Of a stretch of 64,000 nt of DNA, positions 9,771-19,390 are shown in pieces. The position numbers were made by a program, and so were the translations under genes. The first letter of the stretch is position 1, and every line of letters starts with the position of its first letter. The stretch spans positions 246 to 64,245 of the forward strand of contig JBEIQE010000010.1 in the NCBI GenBank assembly GCA_040376705.1, written 5' to 3'. The stretch comes from Micavibrio sp. Its GTDB lineage: Bacteria; Pseudomonadota; Alphaproteobacteria; UBA2400. The notes under the pieces were generated by a model, which made no database searches, was not told the DNA's origin, and saw nothing but the letters and a program-made list of their open reading frames with translations.

Positions 9771-10364
9771 TTAGGCGGTTCGGCGGGCCTGCAGGGCAGC
9801 GGTAAGGGTGCCTTCGTCAAGATAGTCGAGCTCGCCACCCAAAGGCACACCATGAGCAAGGCGAGTGGCCTTGATGTTATGTTCGCGCATACGGTCGGCC
9901 ACATAATGTGCAGTCGTCTGGCCGTCTACAGTAGCGGGCAGGGCCAGTACAATTTCGGTAATCTCTTCATCTATCGCGCGCTGCACCAGCTGCGGAATGA
10001 ACAGTTGTTCGGGCGTAATACCCGCGAGAGCTGATAGCAAGCCGCCTAATACAAAGTAACGGCCCTTGAACGCGTGCGTACGCTCCAGCGCCCACAGGTC
10101 GGCCACATCTTCCACCACACACAGGGCGTGCTGGTCGCGGCCTTTCTCGGTGCAGATGAGGCAGGGGTTGGCGGTATCAAGGTTATGGCAATGATCGCAG
10201 CTGGTGATTTTCTCATCAGCCTCTGACAAGGCGGTTGCCAGCGGCAGCAGCAGCTGGCCGCGCTTTTTAAGCAGATGCAGCGCCACCCGCCGCGCCGAAC
10301 GCGGGCCTAAGCCCGGCAGTTTGCCGAGGAGCAGTATGAGTCTCTCTAGCTCTGGACCGATCAT
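9771..10364 (-). CDS. recR: recombination protein RecR
   Basis: 197 aa with a Cys4 zinc finger ([16 protein letters not shown]) and a Toprim-like C-terminal half. Sits in the conserved dnaX-ybaB-recR order. Confidence 0.95.
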   Translation of the reverse strand: MIGPELERLILLLGKLPGLGPRSARRVALHLLKKRGQLLLPLATALSEADEKITSCDHCHNLDTANPCLICTEKGRDQHALCVVEDVADLWALERTHAFKGRYFVLGGLLSALAGITPEQLFIPQLVQRAIDEEITEIVLALPATVDGQTTAHYVADRMREHNIKATRLAHGVPLGGELDYLDEGTLTAALQARRTA

Positions 10365-10404
10365 AAAATTATGTCCTCAAGTAGCGAAGCGGTAGGACTA
10401 ATTT

Positions 10405-10725
10405 TTAAAATGGCAGCTTCATGCCGGCGGGCAGGTTAAGGCCGCCCATGATCTTCTGCTGCTCTTCAGCCGCCAGCGCTTCCTTTTTGGCTACAGCATC
10501 GTTAATCGCGGCGACCACCAGGTCTTCAAGCATCTCAACATCAGCCGCGTTTACAACCGATGGATCGAGTTTGATTGAAACTGCATTACCCTTGCCAGTC
10601 ATGGTAATTTTAACTGCGCCACCACCTGCCGTACCTTCGCACTCGGCGGCTGCAAGGCGGGTCTGCATTTCCTGCATTTTGCCCTGCATCTGCTGGGCCT
10701 GCTTCATCATCAGGGCGATATTCAT
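10405..10725 (-). CDS. ybaB: nucleoid-associated protein YbaB/EbfC
   Basis: 106 aa (MMKQAQQMQGKMQEMQ...), immediately downstream of dnaX. Confidence 0.95.
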   Translation of the reverse strand: MNIALMMKQAQQMQGKMQEMQTRLAAAECEGTAGGGAVKITMTGKGNAVSIKLDPSVVNAADVEMLEDLVVAAINDAVAKKEALAAEEQQKIMGGLNLPAGMKLPF

Positions 10726-12443
10726 TTAGGCATCCTCATCTGGGCTTTGGGTTGGGGTTTCATCACCATCTGCCACTTCGGGCAGAACTTTATCGCGTAC
10801 AGCTTCAATCTTGGCACCGGGGAAGGCTAGCAACACGGCCTTTACTAAAGGATGCTCAGCGGCCGCATTAATTACGTCCTGTGCCTTTTCCTCATCCTCT
10901 TCGGTCAGGGTTTTAACCCCGCCGCGCTTGGCGATATTCACCAGCCAGCGCTGGCCAGTATATTCCTGCAGCAGTGTGGCCACGCGCGAGAGCACCTGCT
11001 GGCTGGTACCGGGGCGCGGGTATAAATCAAGCTGGCCGGGGGCGAATGACAGGCATTCAACCGAACTGTGTAACTGCGCACCGAGCACCATTTCTTTCTT
11101 TTCGTAGAACAGGGCAACTGCACTGCGCCAATCCTGCGCCATGGGCTGCGCCTGCACAGCAGGTTGCGCCACAGCTACCGTGTTGCTCATGCCTACGGCT
11201 GCGCGCATGGCGGGAGCACCTGTGGGGGCACTGTTTTGCGTTTGCGGGGCAGTGCCTGCAGGCAGGCTGCCATCAGTGAGCTTTTTAATCAGATCGCCCG
11301 GGGTGGGCATGGTGCCGATGTGCGCGAGGCGAATGATAAGCATTTCAAGCGCGGCCATGGGCATGGGAGCGCTTTGCACTTCGGGCACGCCTTTGAGCAG
11401 TACTTGCCATGCGCGGGCGAGGACGGGGGTGGAAAGGCCGGTTGCCAGCTCGCCCATACGTTTTTGCTCAGCCGCCGTGAGGGTGACATCGCCCTTGCGG
11501 GTGGGCAGTACTTTGTGGCGGGTAATCTGATGCGTAACGTCTAAAAGGTCTTGCAGCAGCGTAAGGGGGTCGGCCCCATCGCGGTGCAGAGTGGCTACCA
11601 GCTCAAGTGCCTTGGCGGGTTCACCCGAGAGCGCGTTGGTCAGCAGGTCGAACACCAGGCTGCGGTCAGCCAGACCGAGCATATCGCGCACCTGCTCACC
11701 TGTTACAGATGTGCCGCCGCGGGCAATCGCCTGGTCCATGAGTGAGAGGCCATCGCGCGCCGAGCCGTCAGCTGCACGGGCCAGAAGGCGCAAGCCCTCT
11801 TCATCAATCTCGATCTCTTCAAGCTTGGCGACATGGGCAAAATGTTCGGCCAGCAAATCGGCATCAATACGGCGCAGGTCATAGCGCTGGCAGCGCGACA
11901 GCACCGTAATAGGTACCTTGCGGATTTCAGTCGTCGCCATGATGAATTTTACATGCGGCGGCGGCTCTTCAAGGGTTTTAAGCAAAGCGTTGAACGACGA
12001 GTTGGAGAGCATATGCACTTCGTCGATGATATAGATTTTTGTGCGCACGCTGGTGGGCGCATACTTCACGTTATCGAGCAGCTGGCGAATGCCCTCAACA
12101 CCGGTATGCGAGGCGGCGTCCACTCGAGTACATCTACATTGCGGCCTTCGGCAATACTCACGCAGGCATCACACTTGCCGCACGGGGTAATCGTTGGGCC
12201 TTCAACACAGTTCAGGCCTTTGGCGATAATACGGGCAGTGGTGGTTTTGCCTACACCACGAACACCTGTGAGCATAAACGCATGCGCAATGCGGCCCGAG
12301 GCGAAGGCGTTGGTCAGGGTTTTGACCAAGGCGTCCTGGCCAACCAGTTCGGCAAAATCCTTCGGGCGATACTTGCGCGCCAAAACGCGGTAGGCCGCTT
12401 TTTGGGGAGTAGGCTCGGGCATATCGAAGAGGGCGTCGGACAT
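10726..12443 (-). pseudogene. dnaX: DNA polymerase III subunit gamma/tau, reading frame broken by a 1-nt indel near 12122/12123 (possibly a sequence error)
   Basis: The N-terminal ~125 aa (Walker A GVRGVGKTT, zinc module CGKCDAC, ...GRNVDVLE) are in one frame. The rest ((M/V)DAASHTGVEGIRQL, Walker B IYIIDEVHMLS, domains III-V) is in another. The two track ORFs (12066-12479 and 10726-12123) overlap. Confidence 0.9.
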
Positions 12444-12560
12444 AGCTAATAGATAGCGCGGGGGGCACGAATTCGCCACCTCAAATCATGGAGAAGCGGT
12501 AGGGCTGATTTGTAACTACTTCCCGCAGGGTTGGCGTGGCGGCTGCGGGTAAATTAAGAA

Positions 12561-12657
12561 GTGGGAGACCGAACACGACCCGAACTAAACTCGTTACGGC
12601 TGCTGCCTTTCGGCCCTGACCGGGTTGGCGAATCGCTCGCCCATGCCGATCTCCCGC
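12561..12657 (-). ncRNA. ffs: signal recognition particle RNA (small/4.5S type)
   Basis: The minus strand reads GGGAGAUCGG...CCAACCCGGUCAGGGCCGAAAGGCAGCAGCCGUAACG...CCGGUCUCCC. The central part matches the conserved domain IV core (GGUCAGGUCCGGAAGGAAGCAGCC in E. coli 4.5S) and the ends pair as a closing helix. Location upstream of dnaX is classical. Ends are approximate. Confidence 0.75.
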
Positions 12658-12751
12658 GCGCTTTATAGCAACAGCTTATGGGGTTATGCAATCAGTCGAT
12701 TCCCTCACGGCCGGTAATGGCGTAGTTTCAAGGCTGTATTAGGGAGTTACC

Positions 12752-13963
12752 TTGCGCCAACTCGGGCTAGTTCTTGCGGTATTGGTTCTGGTGGTCCAGA
12801 TCGTTAAGGGTCTGAGCATCGAAACTTCGCTTTACCCGCTGCTCAGCTACATCTTCACTTATGAGGATGGCCCGCTGCGCCGCGGTCTGCTGCCTACAAT
12901 TTTTGCATCTCTGGGCATTACCGATCTGGCCGATATCGGCCGCCAGTTGGCACGGATGCATGTGCTGCTGATAACCGTGCTGGCTGGCGTGTTGTTGGCG
13001 CGCATGGCGCAACTGCCTTATCCGGCGGATCGCGCCCGGCGCTGGCTGCTCTGGCTATTGTTAGGTTCGGCTGTATTGCCGGTGCTGGCGGCAACCACGG
13101 GGTATATCGATGTGTTACTGGCGCTCAGCCTCATCCTCATCGCGGCGCTTTTGGCTCAGGGTTATACTTTCAGCGCAGCGGGCGTATTGCTGGTACTGGC
13201 CATGCAGCACGAAATGGCGCTGGTACCGGGCCTCACCCTGTTTGCAGCTGAGGCTTTGCTGGCTGAGGCACAGCGCAAACGCGTTATTATTGCTGGCGTT
13301 GTTGTGCTTGGTCTCAGTGTTGGCCTGCTGGCGCTCTCGGCAAGTTATCAGCCCGGTTTGATGCCACTAGCCGAGGCCCGCTGTGCCGATATGCGCCCTG
13401 CAGCGCATAATCTGGTGGCCGAGGTGTGGGATAAATACTGCGTACGACAGGCCAGAGCCACCATGGTGAGTGACTTTACGCCCACACGCCTCATTTCACT
13501 GCCATTCTTCCTGCTGGTGTATGGGGTTATGCCACTGGCGCTCCTGTTCTTTGGGTATACACAGGCGCGTAGTGGTGGCACAGCGCTTAAATCGCTCGCG
13601 CTGTTTGGGCTTATGGCTGCGCCCTATGCTCTGATTACCATTGCGTGGGATAGTGACCGATTCATCATCCTCGCCAGCATCACGGGTTGGCTGATTGTGG
13701 ATCGCTGGCTGCAGGTGCAGCCACTCAAGGGTACGCATAGTGCTGTGGGTTATATGATAGCTGCGCTGGTGGCAGTACAGCTCGCCTTCACGTATCCCGC
13801 GATTGATGTGTATGGGCAGAAACGCATAGTGCCGCCCAATCTTGAGCGGCACTATTTAGTTGATACGCGGCAGTTTGTACTACCGGTGCTGGCGCATTAT
13901 AACCTTACAGTTCCGGTGTTCTTAAGGCCGGAAATCTGCATCGATCTACGCTGCAATCGATGA
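12752..13963 (+). CDS. polytopic integral membrane protein, function unknown (403 aa)
   Basis: TTG start. I count about 10 hydrophobic helices by eye, with an acidic YEDG motif in the first predicted loop. The 3' end overlaps the convergent dehydrogenase gene by 18 nt. Confidence 0.65.
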   Translation: MRQLGLVLAVLVLVVQIVKGLSIETSLYPLLSYIFTYEDGPLRRGLLPTIFASLGITDLADIGRQLARMHVLLITVLAGVLLARMAQLPYPADRARRWLLWLLLGSAVLPVLAATTGYIDVLLALSLILIAALLAQGYTFSAAGVLLVLAMQHEMALVPGLTLFAAEALLAEAQRKRVIIAGVVVLGLSVGLLALSASYQPGLMPLAEARCADMRPAAHNLVAEVWDKYCVRQARATMVSDFTPTRLISLPFFLLVYGVMPLALLFFGYTQARSGGTALKSLALFGLMAAPYALITIAWDSDRFIILASITGWLIVDRWLQVQPLKGTHSAVGYMIAALVAVQLAFTYPAIDVYGQKRIVPPNLERHYLVDTRQFVLPVLAHYNLTVPVFLRPEICIDLRCNR

Positions 13964-15019
13964 GCCCTTACCACCCACAAGGCGCTGTTCGGCCAGACGA
14001 TCGGCCGCTACGCTGGTGGAGATATTCTGCTGCTGCGCCATCTCGAAGATGATCTGCATGGTCTGGGCAATACGGCCGATATGGGCATAAGCCTTCTCGC
14101 GGTTGTAATTGCCGGGGCCGAGGATCTGCTCGTAGCCCACGTTAATCACGCCGCCTGCATTAATCGCATAATCGGGCGCATAGAGAATGCCAAGTCCGGT
14201 TAGTACTTCGCCATGGCGGGCTTCAGCCAGTTGGTTGTTGGATGAACCGGCGACGATCTTCACCTTCAGCTGCGGAATGGTGGTATCGTTAATCACCGCA
14301 CCCAAAGCGCAAGGCGCAAAAACATCGGCCTCTACGGCATAAATGGCTTCCGGCAGTACGGCGACTGCGCCGCATTCTTCCACCATCTTCTGTACAAACT
14401 CGGGGCGGATATCAGCCACAATCAGTTTGGCACCTGCTTCGTGCAGCAGGTGGCATAGATGCTGGCCTACATTACCAAGGCCTTGTACGGCTACGCGTAA
14501 CCCACGCAGGTCGTCCTGACCCAGCTTGAATTTTACAGCCTGCTTGATCCCGAGGAATACACCCCAGGCGGTGGCAGGCGACGGATCACCACTACCGCCC
14601 TGCTCAGGCGCGAGGCCAGCCACGAACTTGGTGTTGGTACGAATATGGGTCATGTCAGCGGTTGAGGTGCCCACGTCTTCGGCCACAATATAGCGACCGG
14701 CGAGGCGGTCGACCGCACGGCCCATGGCCATCATCAGTTCCGGGGTTTTCATTTTGCGGGAGTCGCCGATGATAACCGACTTGCCGCCGCCTAAAGGCAG
14801 GTCAGCCAGCGCCGATTTGTAGCTCATACCGCGCGAGAGACGCAGGGCATCGGTCAGGGCTTCGGCTTCGGTGGCATAAGCCCACATGCGGCAGCCGCCC
14901 AGTGAGGGCCCGCGCAGGGTGTTATGGATGGCGATAATCGCCTTGAGGCCGGTTTCGGGGTCGTGCGAGAAAACAACCTGCTCATGCGCGCTAAAGTCTT
15001 TGGCCGAAAATACATCCAT
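13946..15019 (-). CDS. Glu/Leu/Phe/Val dehydrogenase family, leucine dehydrogenase-like
   Basis: 357 aa, alignable by eye along its whole length with Bacillus leucine dehydrogenase ([57 protein letters not shown]). Confidence 0.9.
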   Translation of the reverse strand: MDVFSAKDFSAHEQVVFSHDPETGLKAIIAIHNTLRGPSLGGCRMWAYATEAEALTDALRLSRGMSYKSALADLPLGGGKSVIIGDSRKMKTPELMMAMGRAVDRLAGRYIVAEDVGTSTADMTHIRTNTKFVAGLAPEQGGSGDPSPATAWGVFLGIKQAVKFKLGQDDLRGLRVAVQGLGNVGQHLCHLLHEAGAKLIVADIRPEFVQKMVEECGAVAVLPEAIYAVEADVFAPCALGAVINDTTIPQLKVKIVAGSSNNQLAEARHGEVLTGLGILYAPDYAINAGGVINVGYEQILGPGNYNREKAYAHIGRIAQTMQIIFEMAQQQNISTSVAADRLAEQRLVGGKGSSIAA

Positions 15020-15092
15020 AGTTTGTCGCTCCCTTTGTAAGTCCCCTCAGATATTGCCCAAATATTGCACCGCAGTAATTATGTTGCGCTAG

Positions 15093-15109
15093 CGTAATAT
15101 TTTATTACG
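15093..15109. promoter_or_regulatory. perfect dyad CGTAATA-TTT-TATTACG upstream of the dehydrogenase gene
   Basis: 7-bp arms and a 3-nt spacer, 74 nt upstream of the 15019 start in an A+T-rich gap. Candidate operator; function not established. Confidence 0.25.
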
Positions 15110-15262
15110 TTATTTTATCAGGGAGGTTTCGAAAGTGCCAAACAAGAACAGCGGCGCTGTAAAAAACGCATAATACGGTCCGAAGCACTGCAGCAACCTG
15201 ACCTAAGGCTGCGCCATGGCCAGCTTCAGGGCAATATTGTTGCGGATGATCTCGGGTAAGTG

Positions 15263-16210
15263 TCAGCGGTCTTCGTGATCGGGTGGCAGAATGGCCGACG
15301 GGATGACGCCGGTTTGCGCGCCAAGCGTCTCGGCTACGCAAATCCACTCAAGCTCGGAGAGGCCCTTTTTCACCGCACGGGCGCACGACTGGTCGAGCGT
15401 CACGATCGATTTATCCGGGTTGTTCTGCTTACGCAGATACTTGGTGGCGATTTCCACAATGTCTTCGCACATCTTGTCACTGATGGTGATGTCGAAGTGC
15501 TTGGCATATTTTGGTGCCAGACCTTTCAGAATGGTCTTGGTGGCAGCCACATTCGGCTCTTCAAGAAGGATCTTCTGGAAGCGGCGCTCCATGGCAGGGT
15601 CAGCGGCTACATAAACGCGGAATTCGTCGACCGTCGTTGCGCCAATAACCTGCAGATCGCCCACAGTGAGGTAGGGTTTCATGATGTCCGATACGCCTGA
15701 AGCGGCAGTGGCCTTACAGGTTGGCATCATGGTGTGCATTTCGTCGATGCACATAATAATGGGCGGGAATTTCTTTGAAGCATTACGCTCGGCGCAGCCC
15801 TTGATGAAGGGAATAACACGGCCTTCAAATTCACCACGGGTTGAAGTACCCGCAGCCATGGTCGGGAACTCAAGCTCGATGACGCGAGCGTCCTTCAGCA
15901 TTTTGGGCACTTTGCCCTCGGCAACAACGCCGGCAAAACCAGTGAAGAGCGCGGTTTTACCCGAACCCGCCGGGCCGCAAACGGCCACATTCGAACGGCC
16001 ACGCTGCAAGAGAATGGTGACCAGCTGGTCAATTTCGTTCTCGCGGCCAATAACCGGATCGAACTTGCCCAAGCGCGCCAGCTCGGTCAAATCGCGGCAA
16101 TACTTGTTGATTAGATCTTCGAATTGCTCATCAGGAATCTTGAAGGCAAGATCGCGGAAGTCCGTAATCGGTTCCGTGGGCGGCGAGGCGGGGGTCGGTT
16201 CAGCTGTCAT
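15263..16210 (-). CDS. stand-alone AAA+ ATPase resembling the first nucleotide-binding domain of ClpA/ClpB
   Basis: 315 aa. LARLGKFDPVIGRENEIDQLVTILLQR, Walker A GPAGSGKT, Walker B IIMCIDEMH, GDLQVIGATTVDEFR and ERRFQKILLEEP are all collinear with ClpB NBD1. No N-domain, M-domain or NBD2. Confidence 0.8.
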   Translation of the reverse strand: MTAEPTPASPPTEPITDFRDLAFKIPDEQFEDLINKYCRDLTELARLGKFDPVIGRENEIDQLVTILLQRGRSNVAVCGPAGSGKTALFTGFAGVVAEGKVPKMLKDARVIELEFPTMAAGTSTRGEFEGRVIPFIKGCAERNASKKFPPIIMCIDEMHTMMPTCKATAASGVSDIMKPYLTVGDLQVIGATTVDEFRVYVAADPAMERRFQKILLEEPNVAATKTILKGLAPKYAKHFDITISDKMCEDIVEIATKYLRKQNNPDKSIVTLDQSCARAVKKGLSELEWICVAETLGAQTGVIPSAILPPDHEDR

Positions 16211-16277
16211 AATCTCACTTACTTATAGATATGGTGGGTTAAGAGCTAGTTAGCAAGGCGTTAAGGATGCCTGAACG

Positions 16278-17018
16278 CTAGAAGTTCAGCTTGTTGAAGA
16301 TCTGACGCGGTAAGTGCTTGATGAGGGTCATGATTCCCCACCAGAACCAAGGATAATACATGGTGCCGCCCTTAGGCGCGCGCTTCCAGCAGGCTTCGGC
16401 CAGCCCCTCGGGCGAGCCCAGCGGTACGGGCGGGTTTTTGAGACCCCAGGTCATGGCGGTGTCGATTACGCCGGGTTTCACCAGCAATACCGGTACCTTG
16501 AATGCGCTGAGATGGGCGGCAAGCCCGCCGGTATAGGCGTGCAGGCCAGCCTTGCTCGAGCCGTAGAGAAAGTTCTTCTTCCGTCCGCGGTCGCCCGCCA
16601 CCGAGCCAAGTACCACAATGCTGCCACTCTGCTGGTTTTCGAAGGTTGGGAGCACGGCATTCAGCGCCAGTACGGCAGCGGTATAATTCGTATCAATCAT
16701 CTGTGCGCATAGCACGGGGTCGATACGCATCAGGGTTTCATCCGGCATCTGGCCGAAGGCGAGGAACACGCTGATTGGCAGAACTGCGGTTTTGGCAGTG
16801 GCCGCCAGCTCGGCAATCGCGGCGGGGTCATTGGCATCAAACCGCAGGGTATGCACCATCGGCGCGCCACGCAGGCCGGCATCAACCGCGAGCGCATTCA
16901 GCTCGTTTACATCGCGCCCGGCCAGCACAAGGGCGCAGCCCTGACTGGCTGCCTTGCGTGCAAACGCGCGGGCAATCGCCGAAGTTGCACCAAGAATGAT
17001 CCATGTTCCATTACTCAT
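16278..17018 (-). CDS. short-chain dehydrogenase, DprE2-like (decaprenylphospho-2-keto-ribose reductase type)
   Basis: 246 aa with NFLYGSSKAGL and a C-terminal ...IKHLPRQIFNKLNF, mirroring the M. tuberculosis DprE2 tail (...LRHIPRSIFRKLPI). Its start overlaps the DprE1-like stop (17015-17018). Confidence 0.75.
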   Translation of the reverse strand: MSNGTWIILGATSAIARAFARKAASQGCALVLAGRDVNELNALAVDAGLRGAPMVHTLRFDANDPAAIAELAATAKTAVLPISVFLAFGQMPDETLMRIDPVLCAQMIDTNYTAAVLALNAVLPTFENQQSGSIVVLGSVAGDRGRKKNFLYGSSKAGLHAYTGGLAAHLSAFKVPVLLVKPGVIDTAMTWGLKNPPVPLGSPEGLAEACWKRAPKGGTMYYPWFWWGIMTLIKHLPRQIFNKLNF

Positions 17019-18367
17019 GCGGCACCGCCTTCGCGTGTACGCAGGCCAAGGCGCAGAGCCATCTGGTGGCTCATGCGCTCATGCGGGTCGACTTGCGCCA
17101 GCACTTCGCGGAATTGTGTATGCATGGGGTACATGGCCATAAAATCATCCGCCGTAATGGCTGAGTCTTTGGCCAGATAAATACGCCCCCCATGATTGCG
17201 CGTGATGTTGATGAGGCGCGAGAGTAGCTCATGCACGCCGCTGCTGTTGGGGAAATCAAGCGCCAGTGTATAGCCCGGTAGCGGGAAGCTGAGCATGCCC
17301 TGACCGGTTGACCCGAGGCGCTTGAGCACGGCGAGGAACGAGGCCCTGCGGCTCTGGCTGATGGCCTCGAGCAACTGGCGAATACCCTGCTGCGCGCTGG
17401 CATCCGGAATAACTGCCTGAAACTGATGGAAACCACGCTTGCCGTACATGCGATTCCAGTTCTGGATACTATCAAGCGGGTAGAAGAACTTTTCTACCGG
17501 CACCGTATGCAGCGTGGGGGTACTACTGGCGGCCATGTTATAGCGCATATTGTTGAATAACCGCACCGACAGCGGGTTAAGCGTAAAACCGGGCAGATTG
17601 AAGGGCAGCCCCGGCCCGGCCTTATGGCGCGCATCTATACTCTGCGGCGCACTATGCGCGCGCTCAAAGATACCACGGCCCAAAGTCTGCCCGCTGGCCA
17701 GCGCATCAATCCACGCGACTGCATAGGTATCCTCAACCGGCATCTGCATGAAGGAAGCGAACATATGGTCGAGATCTTCGGCCCGATAGCGCGTTACTGC
17801 CATGGCATTGCTACGCGTGGGCATGAGATGCACCGCCGCGCGGATGATAATACCTGTAAGGCCCAAACCACCGATAGTGGCATGGAAAATGGGGGCATTC
17901 TGTGTGGCACTGACGCGAATTTCTTCGCCTGAGGGCAATAGCAAATCAATCCACTCAAGGTGATTACCCAGCGAACCTGCACTTATATGATTTTTGCCAT
18001 GAACATCATTGGCAATCGCGCCACCGAGGGTCACAAACGAGCTGCCCGGCGAAACCGGAATGAGCCAGCCCTTGGGTAGAAATACCTTCAGAATATCAGC
18101 AAAGCTGACGCCTGCTTCGGCGGTTAAAAGGCCGGTTGTTTCATCAAACGCCACCAGGCGGTCGAGCCGCTGCATCACAATCGCACGGCTATGCTCCACC
18201 GGCACGCAGGCGTCGCCATATGAGCGGCCAAGACCATAAGCCATCAAGTGGCCGGTTTCCTGTGTCAGGGCTTTAAGATCGGACAGGCGTTCGGGCCGCG
18301 CGGTCTGCACTGTAGCACTGCTGGTTCTGCCCCAGCCGGTCAGGGTATGTGCCCGCCAGCTGCTCAT
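17015..18367 (-). CDS. FAD-binding oxidoreductase, DprE1-like (decaprenylphosphoryl-ribose 2'-oxidase type)
   Basis: 450 aa. LTGWGRT, GLGRSYGD, TLGGAIANDVHGKNH..AGSLGNH, GGLGLTGII, WNRMYGKRGFHQFQAVIP, LSFPLPGY and GGRIYLAKDS are collinear with M. tuberculosis DprE1. Confidence 0.85.
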   Translation of the reverse strand: MSSWRAHTLTGWGRTSSATVQTARPERLSDLKALTQETGHLMAYGLGRSYGDACVPVEHSRAIVMQRLDRLVAFDETTGLLTAEAGVSFADILKVFLPKGWLIPVSPGSSFVTLGGAIANDVHGKNHISAGSLGNHLEWIDLLLPSGEEIRVSATQNAPIFHATIGGLGLTGIIIRAAVHLMPTRSNAMAVTRYRAEDLDHMFASFMQMPVEDTYAVAWIDALASGQTLGRGIFERAHSAPQSIDARHKAGPGLPFNLPGFTLNPLSVRLFNNMRYNMAASSTPTLHTVPVEKFFYPLDSIQNWNRMYGKRGFHQFQAVIPDASAQQGIRQLLEAISQSRRASFLAVLKRLGSTGQGMLSFPLPGYTLALDFPNSSGVHELLSRLINITRNHGGRIYLAKDSAITADDFMAMYPMHTQFREVLAQVDPHERMSHQMALRLGLRTREGGAA

Positions 18368-19248
18368 CGGTAAATCAGCCAGCCGAAGGTGAGGACCCAG
18401 CCCAAACCTGCCAGCAGAATGGGCTTATCGGTCATCACAATAAGGGTGGGCGAGCCTGAGCGCTCTTTCACCAGCGTAATCTGCAGATAGCGCAGCATGC
18501 CGTAAATCACGAAGGGTGCGGTGTAGTAGAGGTTCTTTGAGCCCAAACGCTCCATCACCTGCGGATCGGTAGTGTAAATGAGATATGAGACCAGCACTGC
18601 GCCAAGGGTAATGGCCAGTGTGGTATCGATAAAGCTGCGCGAATAGCCATCGAGCGATTTGCGGTGCTCATGGCTCAGGTGCTTTACGATATCATCGCGG
18701 CGTTTGGCAAAGCCAAGGAATAAGGCAAGCAGCCCGGTCATAATCACAATCCACGCGCTGGGCTCAACCGCAATCAGCACCGCACCTGCTTGTACGCGCA
18801 ATACAAAGCCAAGCGCGATGCACATGACGTCAATCACGGCCACATGCTTAAGGCGCAGCGAATAGGCAGTGTTCATCACTGTATAAACCAGCAGGAACAG
18901 GGCAAAGCCGGGCGAGAGCCAATAACTGCCCACTGCCGCAACACCTGCCAGAACTGCCATCATGATAAATGCCAGCTGCGGCGAGACTGTGCCTGCAGCT
19001 AGGGGGCGGGTCTTTTTGGTGGGGTGCTCGCGGTCAGATTCGCGATCGCGCCAGTCGTTGAGGATATAAATGGCGCTGGCTAACAGGCTCCAGAACAGAA
19101 TGCCAAGGCCTACGCGCGTGATGTTCTCAATCGTCACATAATCGGGCGAGAAAAACAGGGGTGCTGCAATAAACCCGCTCTTGATCCAGTGGTGGATGCG
19201 CAGCAGGCGCAGGGCAGGCGGCAGGGGCAGGGCGGCGATTGGCTTCAT
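18364..19248 (-). CDS. UbiA-family prenyl-phosphate phosphoribosyltransferase (Rv3806c-like)
   Basis: 294 aa and multi-TM. RIHHWIKS... at the N-terminus and NDWRDRESDREHPTKKTRPLAAG (the UbiA Asp-rich motif in its DPPR-synthase form). The stop overlaps the DprE1-like start. Confidence 0.8.
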   Translation of the reverse strand: MKPIAALPLPPALRLLRIHHWIKSGFIAAPLFFSPDYVTIENITRVGLGILFWSLLASAIYILNDWRDRESDREHPTKKTRPLAAGTVSPQLAFIMMAVLAGVAAVGSYWLSPGFALFLLVYTVMNTAYSLRLKHVAVIDVMCIALGFVLRVQAGAVLIAVEPSAWIVIMTGLLALFLGFAKRRDDIVKHLSHEHRKSLDGYSRSFIDTTLAITLGAVLVSYLIYTTDPQVMERLGSKNLYYTAPFVIYGMLRYLQITLVKERSGSPTLIVMTDKPILLAGLGWVLTFGWLIYR

Positions 19249-19390
19249 GCTTATGTTTTTAAAGCAGAAATTTTACCCTGTCATCCGTTAACACAAGGCC
19301 AGCGTGATTTAACGCAATAGGTGTGGCTCTCGCCATTCCGCTTGGTTATAAGTGGCCAGCCTATTTACTTTCAAATACTGGAGAGAAATT

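Noticed and set aside
10726-12479. Possibility that the dnaX frame break is the classical programmed ribosomal frameshift that produces the gamma subunit.
   Set aside because: The break lies before the Walker B motif, not about two-thirds into the gene. It also lacks an A AAA AAG-type slippery heptamer or a downstream stem-loop. A product truncated there would lack ATPase function.
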